Both the position numbers and the translations under genes were made by a program. A DNA stretch of 64,000 nt from an uncultured Micromonosporaceae bacterium. Lineage in GTDB: Bacteria > Actinomycetota > Actinomycetes > Mycobacteriales > Micromonosporaceae. The notes beneath the pieces were generated by a model, which did no database searches, was not told the origin of the DNA, and was given only the letters and a program-made list of their open reading frames with translations. The DNA lies in contig CAYTMR010000001.1 in assembly GCA_964438855.1 (NCBI GenBank), forward strand, positions 24,343-88,342. The letters run 5' to 3'. Below, one piece after another: positions 20,801 through 29,929 of this stretch (position 1 is the first letter of the stretch; each line of letters begins with the position of its first letter).

Positions 20801-21014
20801 GGATCCCCTCGATCGGCTCGGAGACCTGCGCGGCGACCACGTCCGGCGACGCCCCGGGGTACGTGGTGATCACCGCGGCCTGCGGGATCTGCAGGGACGG
20901 GATCAGCTCCTGCTTCAAGGAGCCCATCGAGAGGATGCCGAGGACGAAGACCGCGACGGTGGTCAGGGCGATGACGGCTCTGTTGGCCAAAGACAGTCGG
21001 GCCAGATAGGACAC
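17844..21014 (-). CDS. RND (AcrB/AcrD/AcrF) efflux permease
   Basis: IGRVVDDAIVVIENI, GIVVSNAIVLID, RLRPIVMTALATI. Confidence 0.95.
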   Translation of the reverse strand: MSYLARLSLANRAVIALTTVAVFVLGILSMGSLKQELIPSLQIPQAAVITTYPGASPDVVAAQVSEPIEGILLTVEGVEQVSSTSSSGLSVVSVELTYGTDMDTAATQLRGAVARLDGRLPEEADPQVITGSIDDLPVLYLAVSGVDDRVSQAELADTVTNVLVPALEEVANVRSVEVAGLATPQVRITPDPAALAAAGLSPAQLSTLLQTNGIVLPAGTVIDGESALSVQAGSPITSLEELRALPLTPPAEAREAAASAGVTLPSVTLGEVATVEQVAQEPDSYSRLDGQPSLGVSVTKTLQGNTVEVSREVREAVAGIQDVLTERGIRTAVVFDQAPFIEESIHGLATKGGLGLVFAVLVILAFLASISSTLVSAVSIPLSLAVTFLVMNLSGYTLNILTLGAMTIAIGRVVDDAIVVIENIKRHLAYGVGKRAAILTAVKEVGSAITASTICTVAVFAPIAFISGLVGELFQPFAMTVTIAMLASLVVALTVVPVLAYWFVREPRGVSGDNPTAQRAAAEAKERRGLWQRVYVPTLAAALRRPWAVIGLAGLVLAGTVALTPRLETNFIGDSGQNTVTITQTFPAGTTLEAQDAGARQVEEVLADLAEVETVQTTVGSSGIAVLFGGSAPRASFAVTLDGDADTVAIRDELRDLLLAAGVPGEIRVTSDDSGFGGATVDLHVTAPDAESLASAAAAVEEAVRDVDGIAEVTNNLATAQSRIQVTVDRAAAAAAGLTELQISQFIAGAMSDQTVGRVDLGDGPVDVVVAALAPPTSVAELSRLRVPTPAGEVPVTRLAAIEEVEAPAALTRVDGRRSATVSVTPTSQDLGAVTEALTAAVRDLDLPAGAEVTVGGLAADQAEAFANLGLALLAAIAIVYIVMVATFRSMIQPLILLVSVPFAATGALIALLASGTPLGVPALIGVLMLVGIVVSNAIVLIDLINQYREHGRSLADAVREGARQRLRPIVMTALATIFALLPMALGFLPGGGFISQPLALVVIGGLCSSTLLTLYVVPALYLLIERRKLRRAEKRAARRGRVSVPAQEPATPQPA

Positions 21015-21125
21015 AGCCACTCCTCTGTGGAGGCGAGTAGCGCTAGGTGGGCGGGGCTCTCGAGTCGGCGAGGACTATACGTGAACGGATCCAGTGTGAT
21101 GCCGCTGACACCGCCCTTCGCCGGC

Positions 21126-21194
21126 GGCTGCCCGACCACCACGCCGGTGGCTCCCCCGGCCTCCAAGCCGGGGAGGCCCGGCGTGCGGGCAGCC
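21126..21194. terminator. Long imperfect GC-rich hairpin downstream of DUF368 gene
   Basis: Nested inverted repeats GGCTGCCCG/CGGGCAGCC, CACGCCGG/CCGGCGTG, GGCCTCC/GGAGGCC. Confidence 0.5.
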
Positions 21195-21201
21195 TGGCCC
21201 G

Positions 21202-22146
21202 TCAGGGCTCCACCGCCCCCGACCGGTAGACCGTCGCGTCCGCCTGCCGGACGATCAGCTCCGGCTCCAGCGGCGTCTGGCGCTTCTTGAGCCGCCGCTC
21301 CAGAAAAAAGATCCCCAGCACCATGGCCGCGCCGATGAGGAACAGGGTCACGGTTACAGGGACGTGGGCGTCCGGGACGAGCAGTCCCCGGTCGTCGGTC
21401 TGCCACGGCCAGACCCCCCGCAGGGCACCCGCGATCAGCCCGGTGGCCGCCACCATGGTCAGCCGGTGCCGGTGCTCGAGCAGCCACTGCAGCCCTTTGA
21501 CGAACAGTGCGAGCCCGACCGTCGCCCCCAGGGCGAACACCCCGATGTAGGCCAGGTCGAAGTCCCGCACCGCCTGGGCGGTCGGTTCATACACCCCGAA
21601 AGTGAGCAGAATGAATGAACCGGACACCCCTGGCATCACCAGCGCGCAGATCGCCACCGCCGCGGCCAGGAAGACCACCAACTTGCTCTCGGTGTCGGCC
21701 AGCTGCGGGGCACCGGTGATCAGGAAGGCCGCCACCGCACCGGCCGCCGCCACCAGATAGTCCTTGACCCGCCAGCGGGAGCCGGTCAGCGAGATCGGCA
21801 CCACCAGCGAGGCGGTGATCATCCCCAGGAACAGTCCCCGCATCTGCACCGGGTACCGCTCCATCGCCGGGCCGATCACGCGCAGCGCCAGCAGCAGCGC
21901 CGGGGCCATCCCGAGCAGTACCGGCAGCACCACGCCCCAGCGGACTTGCCGAAACTCCTCCCGGGCCCGGGCGCGGTCGGTGAGCAGCGCCTTCACCCCG
22001 CTGACGACATGTCCAGCGGAGATGATGAGCGCCTCGTACACCCCGACCACCAGGGCCACAGTGCCGCCGCTGATGCCAGGCACCGCCTCGGCGGCGCCGA
22101 TCAGGCCGCCCCGGACAACATGGGCAGCGCGGGTACGCGTAGACAT
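21202..22146 (-). CDS. DUF368 membrane protein (undecaprenyl-phosphate translocase family)
   Basis: GAAEAVPGISGGTVAL and AICALVMPGVSGSFILL repeated motifs; WPW. Confidence 0.9.
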   Translation of the reverse strand: MSTRTRAAHVVRGGLIGAAEAVPGISGGTVALVVGVYEALIISAGHVVSGVKALLTDRARAREEFRQVRWGVVLPVLLGMAPALLLALRVIGPAMERYPVQMRGLFLGMITASLVVPISLTGSRWRVKDYLVAAAGAVAAFLITGAPQLADTESKLVVFLAAAVAICALVMPGVSGSFILLTFGVYEPTAQAVRDFDLAYIGVFALGATVGLALFVKGLQWLLEHRHRLTMVAATGLIAGALRGVWPWQTDDRGLLVPDAHVPVTVTLFLIGAAMVLGIFFLERRLKKRQTPLEPELIVRQADATVYRSGAVEP

Positions 22147-22217
22147 GGCGACACAGTAGCCGCCCGCCGGGACGAAGCTGACACCACCCGGGAAACTTCA
22201 GCCGCTACCTCGGGTGG

Positions 22218-23933
22218 TCAGCTCCGGGGCGCCGTACGTCGACGACCGGCGGGCCGGGGAGCGCGCCGCCGGTCATCCCGCTCGGGGGCGCGGTCCCGAC
22301 GGACGGTCGGTTTCTTCCCTCTGATGGTGCCGCGCCGGAGCGCGTCGATCACCTCGTCGGCCGCCTCCGCGGGCACCTCCACCAGCGAGAACCGGTCGGC
22401 GATCACGATCGCGCCGACGTCCCGGCCCGACAGTCGCGACTCCCCCGCGATCGCTCCCACCAGATCCTGCGGACGGATGCCGGCCCGCCGCCCGAGCCCC
22501 AGAAACAGTCGGGCGGATCCGGGGCCCGGGGTGGTACGCGGTGGCTGCTCCTTCCCGGCCCGGCGGGGCCGCGTCGGCTCCGGGATCTCCTCGGCCACCA
22601 CCGGAGCACCGGTGGCCTCGTACGCCAGCTTCAGCGCCGCCGACGCCACCTCCCGCGCGTCGTGCTCCCCGGCGAGCCGCTCCACCACCGCCCGGAATGG
22701 CGCCAGGTCCGTGCCCTCTCGCAGCATCGCCCGCACCGCCGCCGCGGTCTGCTCCCGCCGACGGGCCTGGACCTGCGCCACCGTCGGCAGCTTCGCGACC
22801 GGGATCCGGTGGGCAGTGGTCCGCTCGATGGCCGCCAACAGGCGACGCTCCTGGGGGCCGACCAGGGTCACCGCCACCCCGACGCGGCCGGCCCGCCCCA
22901 CCCGGCCGATCCGATGCACGTACGCCTCGGGGGTGGTGGGCACGTGATAGTTGACCACGTGACTGAGCTGGGGCACGTCGATGCCTCGAGCGGCGACATC
23001 GGTGGCGATGAGCAGGTCGGCGTCGCCGGTGCGGAGCCGGGCCATCGCCTGGTCCCGCTGCTCCTGGCTCATCCCTCCGTGCAGGGCGTGGGCGCGCCAG
23101 CCTCGGCTGGTCATCGCCTCGGTGAGGGTGTCCACCTCTTCCCGGGTACGGCAGAACACCACTGTCGCCGCGGGGTCCTCGAACGCGAGCAGCCGGGCCA
23201 GTGCGGCGGGTTTGTGTCCCCGCGGCACCACGTACGCCCGCTGCCGCACCCGCGGCGGTTCGCCGGTGTCGGTGGCCGCCCCACCCAGCGCGATCCGCAC
23301 CGGATCGTGCAGGTGGCGGCGGGCGATGCCGACGATCCGGGCCGGCATGGTGGCGGAGAACAGGGCGGTCTGTCGGTCGGCCGGCAGCGCCGCCAGGATC
23401 GCCTCGATCTCCTCGGCGAACCCCATGTCCAGCATTTCGTCCGCTTCGTCGAGCACCACGGTCGCCACCGCACCGACCCGCAGCGTGCCTCGGCGGAGAT
23501 GGTCCAGCGCGCGCCCCGGGGTGGCGACCACCACCTCCACGCCTCGGGCCAGCGACCGCAGCTGCCACCCGATCGGTTGGCCACCGTAGACCGGCAGTAC
23601 GCGCACACCCAGCGTCCGCCCGTACCGGTGGAACGCCTCCGCCACCTGCACGGCCAGCTCCCGGGTGGGGACCAGCACCAACGCCGTGGGCTCACCGGTG
23701 CGGGCCGCGGTGGCCAGCCGTTGCAGCACCGGCAGGGCAAACGCGGCGGTCTTCCCGGTCCCGGTCGCGGCTTGCCCGAGCAGGTCCCGCCCGGCGAGCA
23801 GGGGCGGGATCGCCGCACGTTGGATGGGAGTCGGCTCCTGGTACCCCAGCGCGGCCAGCGTCTCCCACAGTCGCGGCTCCAGGCCCAGCCGGGCGAACCC
23901 TTCCGGACCCTCGGCGCCGTCCGCGTATGTCAT
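22218..23933 (-). CDS. deaD: DEAD-box RNA helicase, DeaD/CsdA-like with DbpA domain
   Basis: Q motif PTPIQ, ATGTGKT, PTRELA, DEADEML, SAT, HRIGRVGRAG. Confidence 0.93.
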   Translation of the reverse strand: MTYADGAEGPEGFARLGLEPRLWETLAALGYQEPTPIQRAAIPPLLAGRDLLGQAATGTGKTAAFALPVLQRLATAARTGEPTALVLVPTRELAVQVAEAFHRYGRTLGVRVLPVYGGQPIGWQLRSLARGVEVVVATPGRALDHLRRGTLRVGAVATVVLDEADEMLDMGFAEEIEAILAALPADRQTALFSATMPARIVGIARRHLHDPVRIALGGAATDTGEPPRVRQRAYVVPRGHKPAALARLLAFEDPAATVVFCRTREEVDTLTEAMTSRGWRAHALHGGMSQEQRDQAMARLRTGDADLLIATDVAARGIDVPQLSHVVNYHVPTTPEAYVHRIGRVGRAGRVGVAVTLVGPQERRLLAAIERTTAHRIPVAKLPTVAQVQARRREQTAAAVRAMLREGTDLAPFRAVVERLAGEHDAREVASAALKLAYEATGAPVVAEEIPEPTRPRRAGKEQPPRTTPGPGSARLFLGLGRRAGIRPQDLVGAIAGESRLSGRDVGAIVIADRFSLVEVPAEAADEVIDALRRGTIRGKKPTVRRDRAPERDDRRRAPRPAGRRRTAPRS

Positions 23934-24066
23934 GTTCCGCCCCTTATCCGCCCCGTCGGGGCTCAAGCCACCCAAGCCTAGGGCATCCCCGACGCGCCGC
24001 TGCGGCCAGCTCGGCATCGGCCAGTCCGCGTCCACCCACCGCGTCGGGCGTGGTCCTTTGCTGACA

Positions 24067-25974
24067 ATGGCTGGAGTGTCGACAGTGGCGGGTCCAGGGC
24101 ATCGCCGCATGTCAGGCCCGGAGGCGAGAAATTCCGCAACGATCGTCGGGATCATGCCTGAAGCGTCGCCATATAGTCGCTCTGTGGCCCCCCTCCGGTT
24201 TGTCGTGTGCGGTGACGATCCCCTCGCCCACAGCCTGGTGGACGAACTCACCAGCCGCTACGGCGCCCAGGTGACCGTGATCCTGCCGAATCGGCGTCGC
24301 AACCACGGCCCCCAACTGGCCGCCCTACCGAAGGTCAAGATCATCGAGGCGGAGCAGCTCGACCGGAACGCGTTCCGGGCCGCCAAGCTGCACCGCGCGC
24401 AGGGCCTGGCGCTGGTGCAGCAGGACGATGTCGGCAACATCCACGCCGCGTTACGCGCCCAGGAACTCTGTCCGCACCTCCGGTTGGTCATCCGGATGTT
24501 CAACATGAGCCTGGGGCACGCGGTACGGCGACTGTTTCGGGACTGCGCGGTGCTCTCGGATGCTTCGATCGCCGCCCCGGAACTGGTCGCGGCCGCGCTC
24601 GGTGAAGTCGCCCCGCACTTCGTACGGCTACCGGGCCGCACCCTCTACGTGGCGCGCCGTTCCGACGTGCACCCGCACGACATCATCTGCGGTATCGCGG
24701 TCACCGACGGTGCGCAACCGCCGGAGTTGCTGCCGGCGGACGACCAGGCGAGTGACCTGGTGCTCGCGGTGGCCAACCGACGCAATCGGCCCATCACCCC
24801 GCACATCGGTGTGGCCGATGGTGACGCGGAGACCCTGGACGGCGCGGCCACCGCCTCGGAGGGGGCCGCGGCGGACGAAAGCTTCGACCCCTCATCCGCG
24901 GTGTCGCGCCCTCGCCGGCACCGCCGCATCACCCGACTCCGCCGACTCTTCGCCCTGCCGCGGGCGATGCTGACGCTGGTCGACAGCAAGCTGGAGATCG
25001 CCACCCTGGTCCTGATCGTGCTTCTGGCCGCCGGCGTGGTGACCATCGCGTGGTTGGAGGAGCTGACGCTGTGGCAGGCCTTCTACACCACGCTGATCAT
25101 GGCTGCGGACGCCGGCGATCCCGTGCTGGAAGGCAGCCTCATCCAGCAGATCGTGCACACGGTCGTGGCCGTGTCCGGGATCGCGCTCGTACCGGTCCTG
25201 ACCGCGACGGTGGTCAACGCGGTGGTCAACGCGCGCCTGGCGGTCGTCCTGGGCCGACTGCGGGCCCCGATCTCTGGACACATCATCGTCATCGGGCTGG
25301 GCAACGTCGGCACCCGGGTGATCCGGATGCTGCACGATCTCGGGCACGAAGTGGTCGCGATCGACATCTCGGAGTCCGCGCGCGGGGTGGCGGTGGCGTA
25401 CGAGCTGGGTATCCCCGTGATCATTGGGGACGCCAGCGCGGAGGAGACGCTGCGGCAGGCGTCGGTGCGCACCTGCCAAGCGATGCTGGCTCTGTCTACT
25501 TCAGACGTCACGAACCTCGAGGCCGCCCTCCACGCCCGCCGCCTGCAGCCCGGCCTGCGGGTGGTGTTGCGGCTGTTCGACCATGATTTCGCCCAACGGG
25601 TGGAGAAGGCGTTCCAGATCCCGATCTCCCGCAGTGTCTCTGCCCTGGCGGCGCCGGCGTTCGCCGCGGCGCTGATGGAACGGGAAGTGATCGGCACCAT
25701 CGCGGTCGGGCGACGGGTGCTGGTCATCGCCGAGGTGCTGGTGGAGGCCGCCTCCCCGCTGGATGGCAGTCGCGTGGCCGAGGTCGCCCACGCCGGCGAG
25801 CTGCGGGTGGTCGCGCTCGCCCGCGAGGACGAGCCCCGCCTGCGCTGGCTGCCGTACCCACGGACCCGGATCCGCGCCGGCGACCGGCTGACCGTGATCG
25901 CGAACCGGACCGGGCTGAGCCGGATCCTGGCGGACTCCACCGGCAGCCGAGAGGCCACCACCCCGGGGGATTAG
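24067..25974 (+). CDS. TrkA-N/RCK NAD-binding protein with channel-like TM segment (potassium transport)
   Basis: Two TrkA-N domains (FVVCGDD; IIVIGLGNVG), central TM pair, TrkA-C end; start may be 24154. Confidence 0.82.
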   Translation: MAGVSTVAGPGHRRMSGPEARNSATIVGIMPEASPYSRSVAPLRFVVCGDDPLAHSLVDELTSRYGAQVTVILPNRRRNHGPQLAALPKVKIIEAEQLDRNAFRAAKLHRAQGLALVQQDDVGNIHAALRAQELCPHLRLVIRMFNMSLGHAVRRLFRDCAVLSDASIAAPELVAAALGEVAPHFVRLPGRTLYVARRSDVHPHDIICGIAVTDGAQPPELLPADDQASDLVLAVANRRNRPITPHIGVADGDAETLDGAATASEGAAADESFDPSSAVSRPRRHRRITRLRRLFALPRAMLTLVDSKLEIATLVLIVLLAAGVVTIAWLEELTLWQAFYTTLIMAADAGDPVLEGSLIQQIVHTVVAVSGIALVPVLTATVVNAVVNARLAVVLGRLRAPISGHIIVIGLGNVGTRVIRMLHDLGHEVVAIDISESARGVAVAYELGIPVIIGDASAEETLRQASVRTCQAMLALSTSDVTNLEAALHARRLQPGLRVVLRLFDHDFAQRVEKAFQIPISRSVSALAAPAFAAALMEREVIGTIAVGRRVLVIAEVLVEAASPLDGSRVAEVAHAGELRVVALAREDEPRLRWLPYPRTRIRAGDRLTVIANRTGLSRILADSTGSREATTPGD

Positions 25975-26005
25975 TGGACCGGCACCGCTGAGGGACAATG
26001 GGTAG

Positions 26006-26881
26006 GTGCTGGAAGAGGGGGCTTACATCATCGACACCGGCGTCGGCGAGCTGGTCCCCGACCCGCACAATCCCTCGGGTTGGTTGCTGATCGTCAACGG
26101 TCTGGAGAGTTCGTACGTCGACCTGGCCGACCCCACCCGGCTGGAGTTCGAGTACGTCTCCTGGATGGGTATCGCCATCGACCTCTTCCGGGAGCCGAAG
26201 CGGCCGATCCGGGCGGCCCACCTGGGGGGCGGCGGCTGCACCCTCCCCCGGTACGTCGCGGCGACCCGCCCCGGTTCGGAGCAAGTCGTGTTCGAGGTCG
26301 ACCGGGAACTGCTCCGGATGGTGACCTACGCGTTCCAGGTGCACGAGATCGCCAACCTGCGGTTTGAGATCGAAGACGGGTTGGCGGGGGTGCGGGCGCT
26401 GCCGTCGCACTCGTACGACGTCATCATCCGGGACGCGTTCGACGGCGGTGACGTGCCCGCCCACCTGGTCGGTCGCGAGCTGCTGGCGGAGGCCGCCCGC
26501 GTGCTGGTCCCGGACGGGATCTACCTGGCCAACGTGCCGTCGGAGGGCGACCTGGCGGCGGCTACCGCGGAGGGGGAGCACGCGGCCGCGGTGTTCGCGC
26601 ACGTGGGGTTGTTCATCGACCCCGGACAGTTGCGGGGGCGCCGGTTCGGCAACGTGGTCTTGGCGGCGTCACAGCGGCCGCTGCCCTGGGACGAGCTGGC
26701 GCGGCGCCTGCACCGGGCGATCGCCCCGGCGCGGCTGGTGCCGGTCACCGACGCGGATGACCGGCACCGATCGGAGGGGCTCAGCGCGGCTTCCTTACCC
26801 AGCAGAGGCAGAACGGGTGCCCCGCCGGGTCAGCGTAAACCTGGAAGGCGTCGCCGGAGTCGCCGTCGTCCGCTTCCTTGA
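26006..26881 (+). CDS. Spermidine synthase-like SAM-binding protein
   Basis: SYVDLADPTRLEFEYV, HLGGGGCTLPRY, DVIIRDAF, RRFGNVVL. Confidence 0.85.
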   Translation: MLEEGAYIIDTGVGELVPDPHNPSGWLLIVNGLESSYVDLADPTRLEFEYVSWMGIAIDLFREPKRPIRAAHLGGGGCTLPRYVAATRPGSEQVVFEVDRELLRMVTYAFQVHEIANLRFEIEDGLAGVRALPSHSYDVIIRDAFDGGDVPAHLVGRELLAEAARVLVPDGIYLANVPSEGDLAAATAEGEHAAAVFAHVGLFIDPGQLRGRRFGNVVLAASQRPLPWDELARRLHRAIAPARLVPVTDADDRHRSEGLSAASLPSRGRTGAPPGQRKPGRRRRSRRRPLP

Positions 26882-27158
26882 GCAGCGTCGCCCCCAGAGA
26901 CATGACCCGGGCGTGCGCGGTGGCGATGTCGTCCACCCACAGGTCAAGATGGACCTGCTGCGGCTGCCCGTCCGGCCACTGGGGCGGGATGTGATCGGGG
27001 GCGAGCTGGACTCCGATCCGGGGTTGACCGTCCACGGACACCAGGTGGAAATCGTGGTGACGGTCGTCGACCGTACCCCCCAACACTCCGGCCCAGAAGT
27101 TGCTCTCGGTGGCCGGGTCGGCCGTGTCGAACACGACGATCTGATGGTTGATCTTCAT
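26781..27158 (-). CDS. VOC/glyoxalase family protein
   Basis: QQVHLDLWVDD, VYADPAGHPFCL. Confidence 0.9.
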   Translation of the reverse strand: MKINHQIVVFDTADPATESNFWAGVLGGTVDDRHHDFHLVSVDGQPRIGVQLAPDHIPPQWPDGQPQQVHLDLWVDDIATAHARVMSLGATLLKEADDGDSGDAFQVYADPAGHPFCLCWVRKPR

Positions 27159-27272
27159 GCCGCGAATCCTCACCCCACCCCCTGACATTCCTCCCCCGCC
27201 GCCGCCCTACCGCGACGACCGCCCCGGTGCGCCTACCTCGACCGGTCGCTGACCGCGGGCATGCTGGAAGGC

Positions 27273-27500
27273 ATGGGGCGGGCAGTGGGACCCTGGCTGG
27301 TCGGGATCGGGCTGGTAGTAGTGGCGGTCGGCCTGCTCACCTGGGCAGGCGGGTTGTCCTGGTTCGGCCGCCTCCCGGGGGACATCCGGATCACCAGCGG
27401 CAACACGCGCATCTTCCTCCCGATCACGTCGATGCTCCTGCTGTCGCTGGGACTGAGCGTGGTGCTGAGCATCGTGCTGTTCCTCTTGCGCCGTCGGTGA
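27273..27500 (+). CDS. DUF2905 small membrane protein
   Basis: WFGRLPGDIRI...FLPITSMLLLS. Confidence 0.85.
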   Translation: MGRAVGPWLVGIGLVVVAVGLLTWAGGLSWFGRLPGDIRITSGNTRIFLPITSMLLLSLGLSVVLSIVLFLLRRR

Positions 27501-27555
27501 GGTGGCGCGTGGCGTGAACACCGGGACTGTCGGGGGTGCGCTCTATGGTCACGCC

Positions 27556-28137
27556 ATGACCACCGACGACTGTCCATGGGAGCCACCTCTGGCCGGCACC
27601 GAGGCGGAGCAGCTGGTCGGGGCGCTGGAGCGGCTACGCACCACCTTCCGGTGGAAGGTCGACGATCTCGACGCCGCCGGCCTGGCGACCCGGGTCGGTG
27701 CCTCCACGCTGACCTTGGGCGGCTTGCTGAAGCACCTCGCCCGCGCCGAAGCCCACTGCTTCGGCCCCAAGTTCGACGGCACCCCGCTGGGGGCACCGTG
27801 GCACACCGTCGACTGGGGCCGGGACCCGGACTGGGACTTCACCTCCGCCGCCGACGACCCACCCCACCAGCTCTACGCCCTGTGGGACGACACCGTCGCC
27901 CGGTCGCGGGCAACGCTACGGGCGGCGCTGGCCGACGGTGGGCTCGACCAGTTCGTCCACCTCACCTGGCCGGACGGGCGGCGGCTCCGCCTGCGCCGGC
28001 TGGTCTGCGACCTGATCGAGGAGTACGGCCGGCACACCGGGCACGCCGACCTGCTGCGGGAAGCGGTGGACGGCCGGGTCGGTGAAGGCCCTCCGCCCGG
28101 ATGGCGGCCCCGCTCCGGGCACTATCTCCTGCCCTAG
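27556..28137 (+). CDS. DinB/DUF664 (mycothiol transferase-like) protein
   Basis: LTLGGLLKHLA, LIEEYGRHTGHADLLREAVDGRVG. Confidence 0.88.
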   Translation: MTTDDCPWEPPLAGTEAEQLVGALERLRTTFRWKVDDLDAAGLATRVGASTLTLGGLLKHLARAEAHCFGPKFDGTPLGAPWHTVDWGRDPDWDFTSAADDPPHQLYALWDDTVARSRATLRAALADGGLDQFVHLTWPDGRRLRLRRLVCDLIEEYGRHTGHADLLREAVDGRVGEGPPPGWRPRSGHYLLP

Positions 28138-28256
28138 CGGGCCGGATCCCCGGGCCCCCACGAATGGGGTCAACCGATTGGTGGATACGGCGGATCCACC
28201 GCGCTCCGTGCTGGATGGGCGATCCACTGTCGCCTCAGCCCAGCGATGCTGGGGCC

Positions 28257-29165
28257 ATGTCAACTATCGAGGTACGCAACCTCCACAAACGCTACGGCGC
28301 CACGGTGGCGGTGGACGACGTGTCGTTCACGGTGGAAGCCGGAGAAATCTTCGGCATCCTGGGGCCGAACGGGGCGGGCAAAACCACCACAGTGGAGTGT
28401 GTCGCGGGACTGCGGGTACCGGATCGAGGCGAGATCCGCGTGCTGGGGCTCGACCCCCGACACGACCGGGCCGCGCTGCGCCAGCGGGTCGGGGTGCAGT
28501 TGCAGGAGAGTCGACTACCGGAACGGCTGCGGGTCGGCGAGGCGATCGCGCTGTACCGGTCGTTCTACCCGCAGCCCGCCGACGGTGACCAGCTGCTGGA
28601 GATGTTGGGGCTGACGGACAAACGGCGCAGCCGATACCGGGACCTGTCCGGTGGACAGAAGCAGCGGCTGTCGATCGCGCTGGCGCTGATCGGTCGGCCG
28701 ACCGTGGCCGTGCTGGACGAGCTGACCACCGGCCTGGACCCACAGGCCCGGCGGGAGACGTGGGAGTTGGTGGAGCGGGTCCGGGATTCCGGAGTGACGA
28801 TCATCTTGGTGACCCACTTCATGGACGAAGCGGAGCGGCTCTGCGACCGGGTGGCGGTGATCGACACCGGCCGGGTGGTGGCCCTGGACACCCCCGCCGG
28901 GCTGATCGCGCGCGCCGGGGGTCAGCAACGCATCCGGTTCCGCCCCGCCACTGACCTGGATGAGCAGTTGCTGACCGCACTGCCGGAGGTGACCGAGGTG
29001 CGGCGGAGCGGCTCCCAGGTGGTGGTCATCGGGACCGGCAATGTGCTGCACGCGGTCACGGCGACCCTGGCCCGGCACCACATCGTCGCCCACGACCTGC
29101 GGATCGAGCAGACCAGCCTGGACGACGCCTTCGTGACCCTCACCGGCCATCAGCCGGAGCACTGA
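28257..29165 (+). CDS. ABC-2 exporter ATP-binding protein
   Basis: GPNGAGKTT, LSGGQKQR, LDELTTGLD. Confidence 0.95.
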   Translation: MSTIEVRNLHKRYGATVAVDDVSFTVEAGEIFGILGPNGAGKTTTVECVAGLRVPDRGEIRVLGLDPRHDRAALRQRVGVQLQESRLPERLRVGEAIALYRSFYPQPADGDQLLEMLGLTDKRRSRYRDLSGGQKQRLSIALALIGRPTVAVLDELTTGLDPQARRETWELVERVRDSGVTIILVTHFMDEAERLCDRVAVIDTGRVVALDTPAGLIARAGGQQRIRFRPATDLDEQLLTALPEVTEVRRSGSQVVVIGTGNVLHAVTATLARHHIVAHDLRIEQTSLDDAFVTLTGHQPEH

Positions 29166-29194
29166 CCCCGCACCGACCCGAGAAAGCAGGAATC

Positions 29195-29929
29195 ATGGCG
29201 AGTTTTGTCAGGCTTACCCTCACCGAGGCGCGGTTGTTCCTTCGCGAACCGATGTCGGTGGTGTTGGGGGTGGTGTTCCCGGCTGGGCTGTTGCTCATGC
29301 TCGGCGCCATCCCGATCCTGCGCACGCCGGCGGAGCAGTTCGACGGCCAGCGGTTCGTGGACCTGTTCGCCCCGTCCGCACTGGTGCTGGGGATCGGGGT
29401 GGTGGCCCTGCAGCACATTCCGAACGTGATCGCGGGCTACCGCGAGCAGGGAATTCTGCGGCGACTGTCCACCACCCCGGTCCATCCCGGCAAGCTGCTG
29501 CTGGCGCAACTGCTGGTCGCCCTGGCCGCGGTGGTGGTGTCGGCGGGGTTGCTGATCAGCGCGGCGTGGCTGGTGCTGGACGTACCGCCCCCGCAGCACC
29601 TGCTCGGCTTCACCGTCGCCTGGCTGGTCGGGTTCGGCGCGGTACTCGCGATCGGCACCCTGATCGCCGCGGTCGCGCCCAGCCAGCGGACCGCCACCGG
29701 GGTGTCGACCCTGGTGTATCTGGTGGCGATGTTCGCCGGCGGGGTGTTCCTGCCGCGGTTCCTGATGCCGAAGCCGCTCGCACAGCTCGGGGAGATCACT
29801 CCCCCCGGGGTGCAGGCCCTGCTCGACGCGTGGGGAGGACGGGCGCCCGCACTGCTCCCACTAGGGATAATGGCCGTGATCGCGGTAGCAGCCGCCGCGA
29901 TGGCGGCGAAGCTGTTCCGCTGGGAATGA
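29195..29929 (+). CDS. ABC-2 exporter permease
   Basis: Six TM segments, YREQGILRRL, FRWE terminus. Confidence 0.92.
   Translation: MASFVRLTLTEARLFLREPMSVVLGVVFPAGLLLMLGAIPILRTPAEQFDGQRFVDLFAPSALVLGIGVVALQHIPNVIAGYREQGILRRLSTTPVHPGKLLLAQLLVALAAVVVSAGLLISAAWLVLDVPPPQHLLGFTVAWLVGFGAVLAIGTLIAAVAPSQRTATGVSTLVYLVAMFAGGVFLPRFLMPKPLAQLGEITPPGVQALLDAWGGRAPALLPLGIMAVIAVAAAAMAAKLFRWE

Noticed and set aside
17844-21014. RND pump without membrane-fusion or outer-membrane partners
   Set aside because: Stand-alone RND permeases are normal in monoderm actinobacteria
23665-24251. Apparent head-to-head overlap of deaD and the TrkA-like gene
   Set aside because: Artefact of longest-ORF starts; plausible starts (23933 and 24067 or 24154) do not overlap
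26781-26881. 100-nt convergent overlap of the spermidine-synthase-like and VOC genes
   Set aside because: The overlapping tail is low-complexity read-through, most simply explained by loss of the original stop
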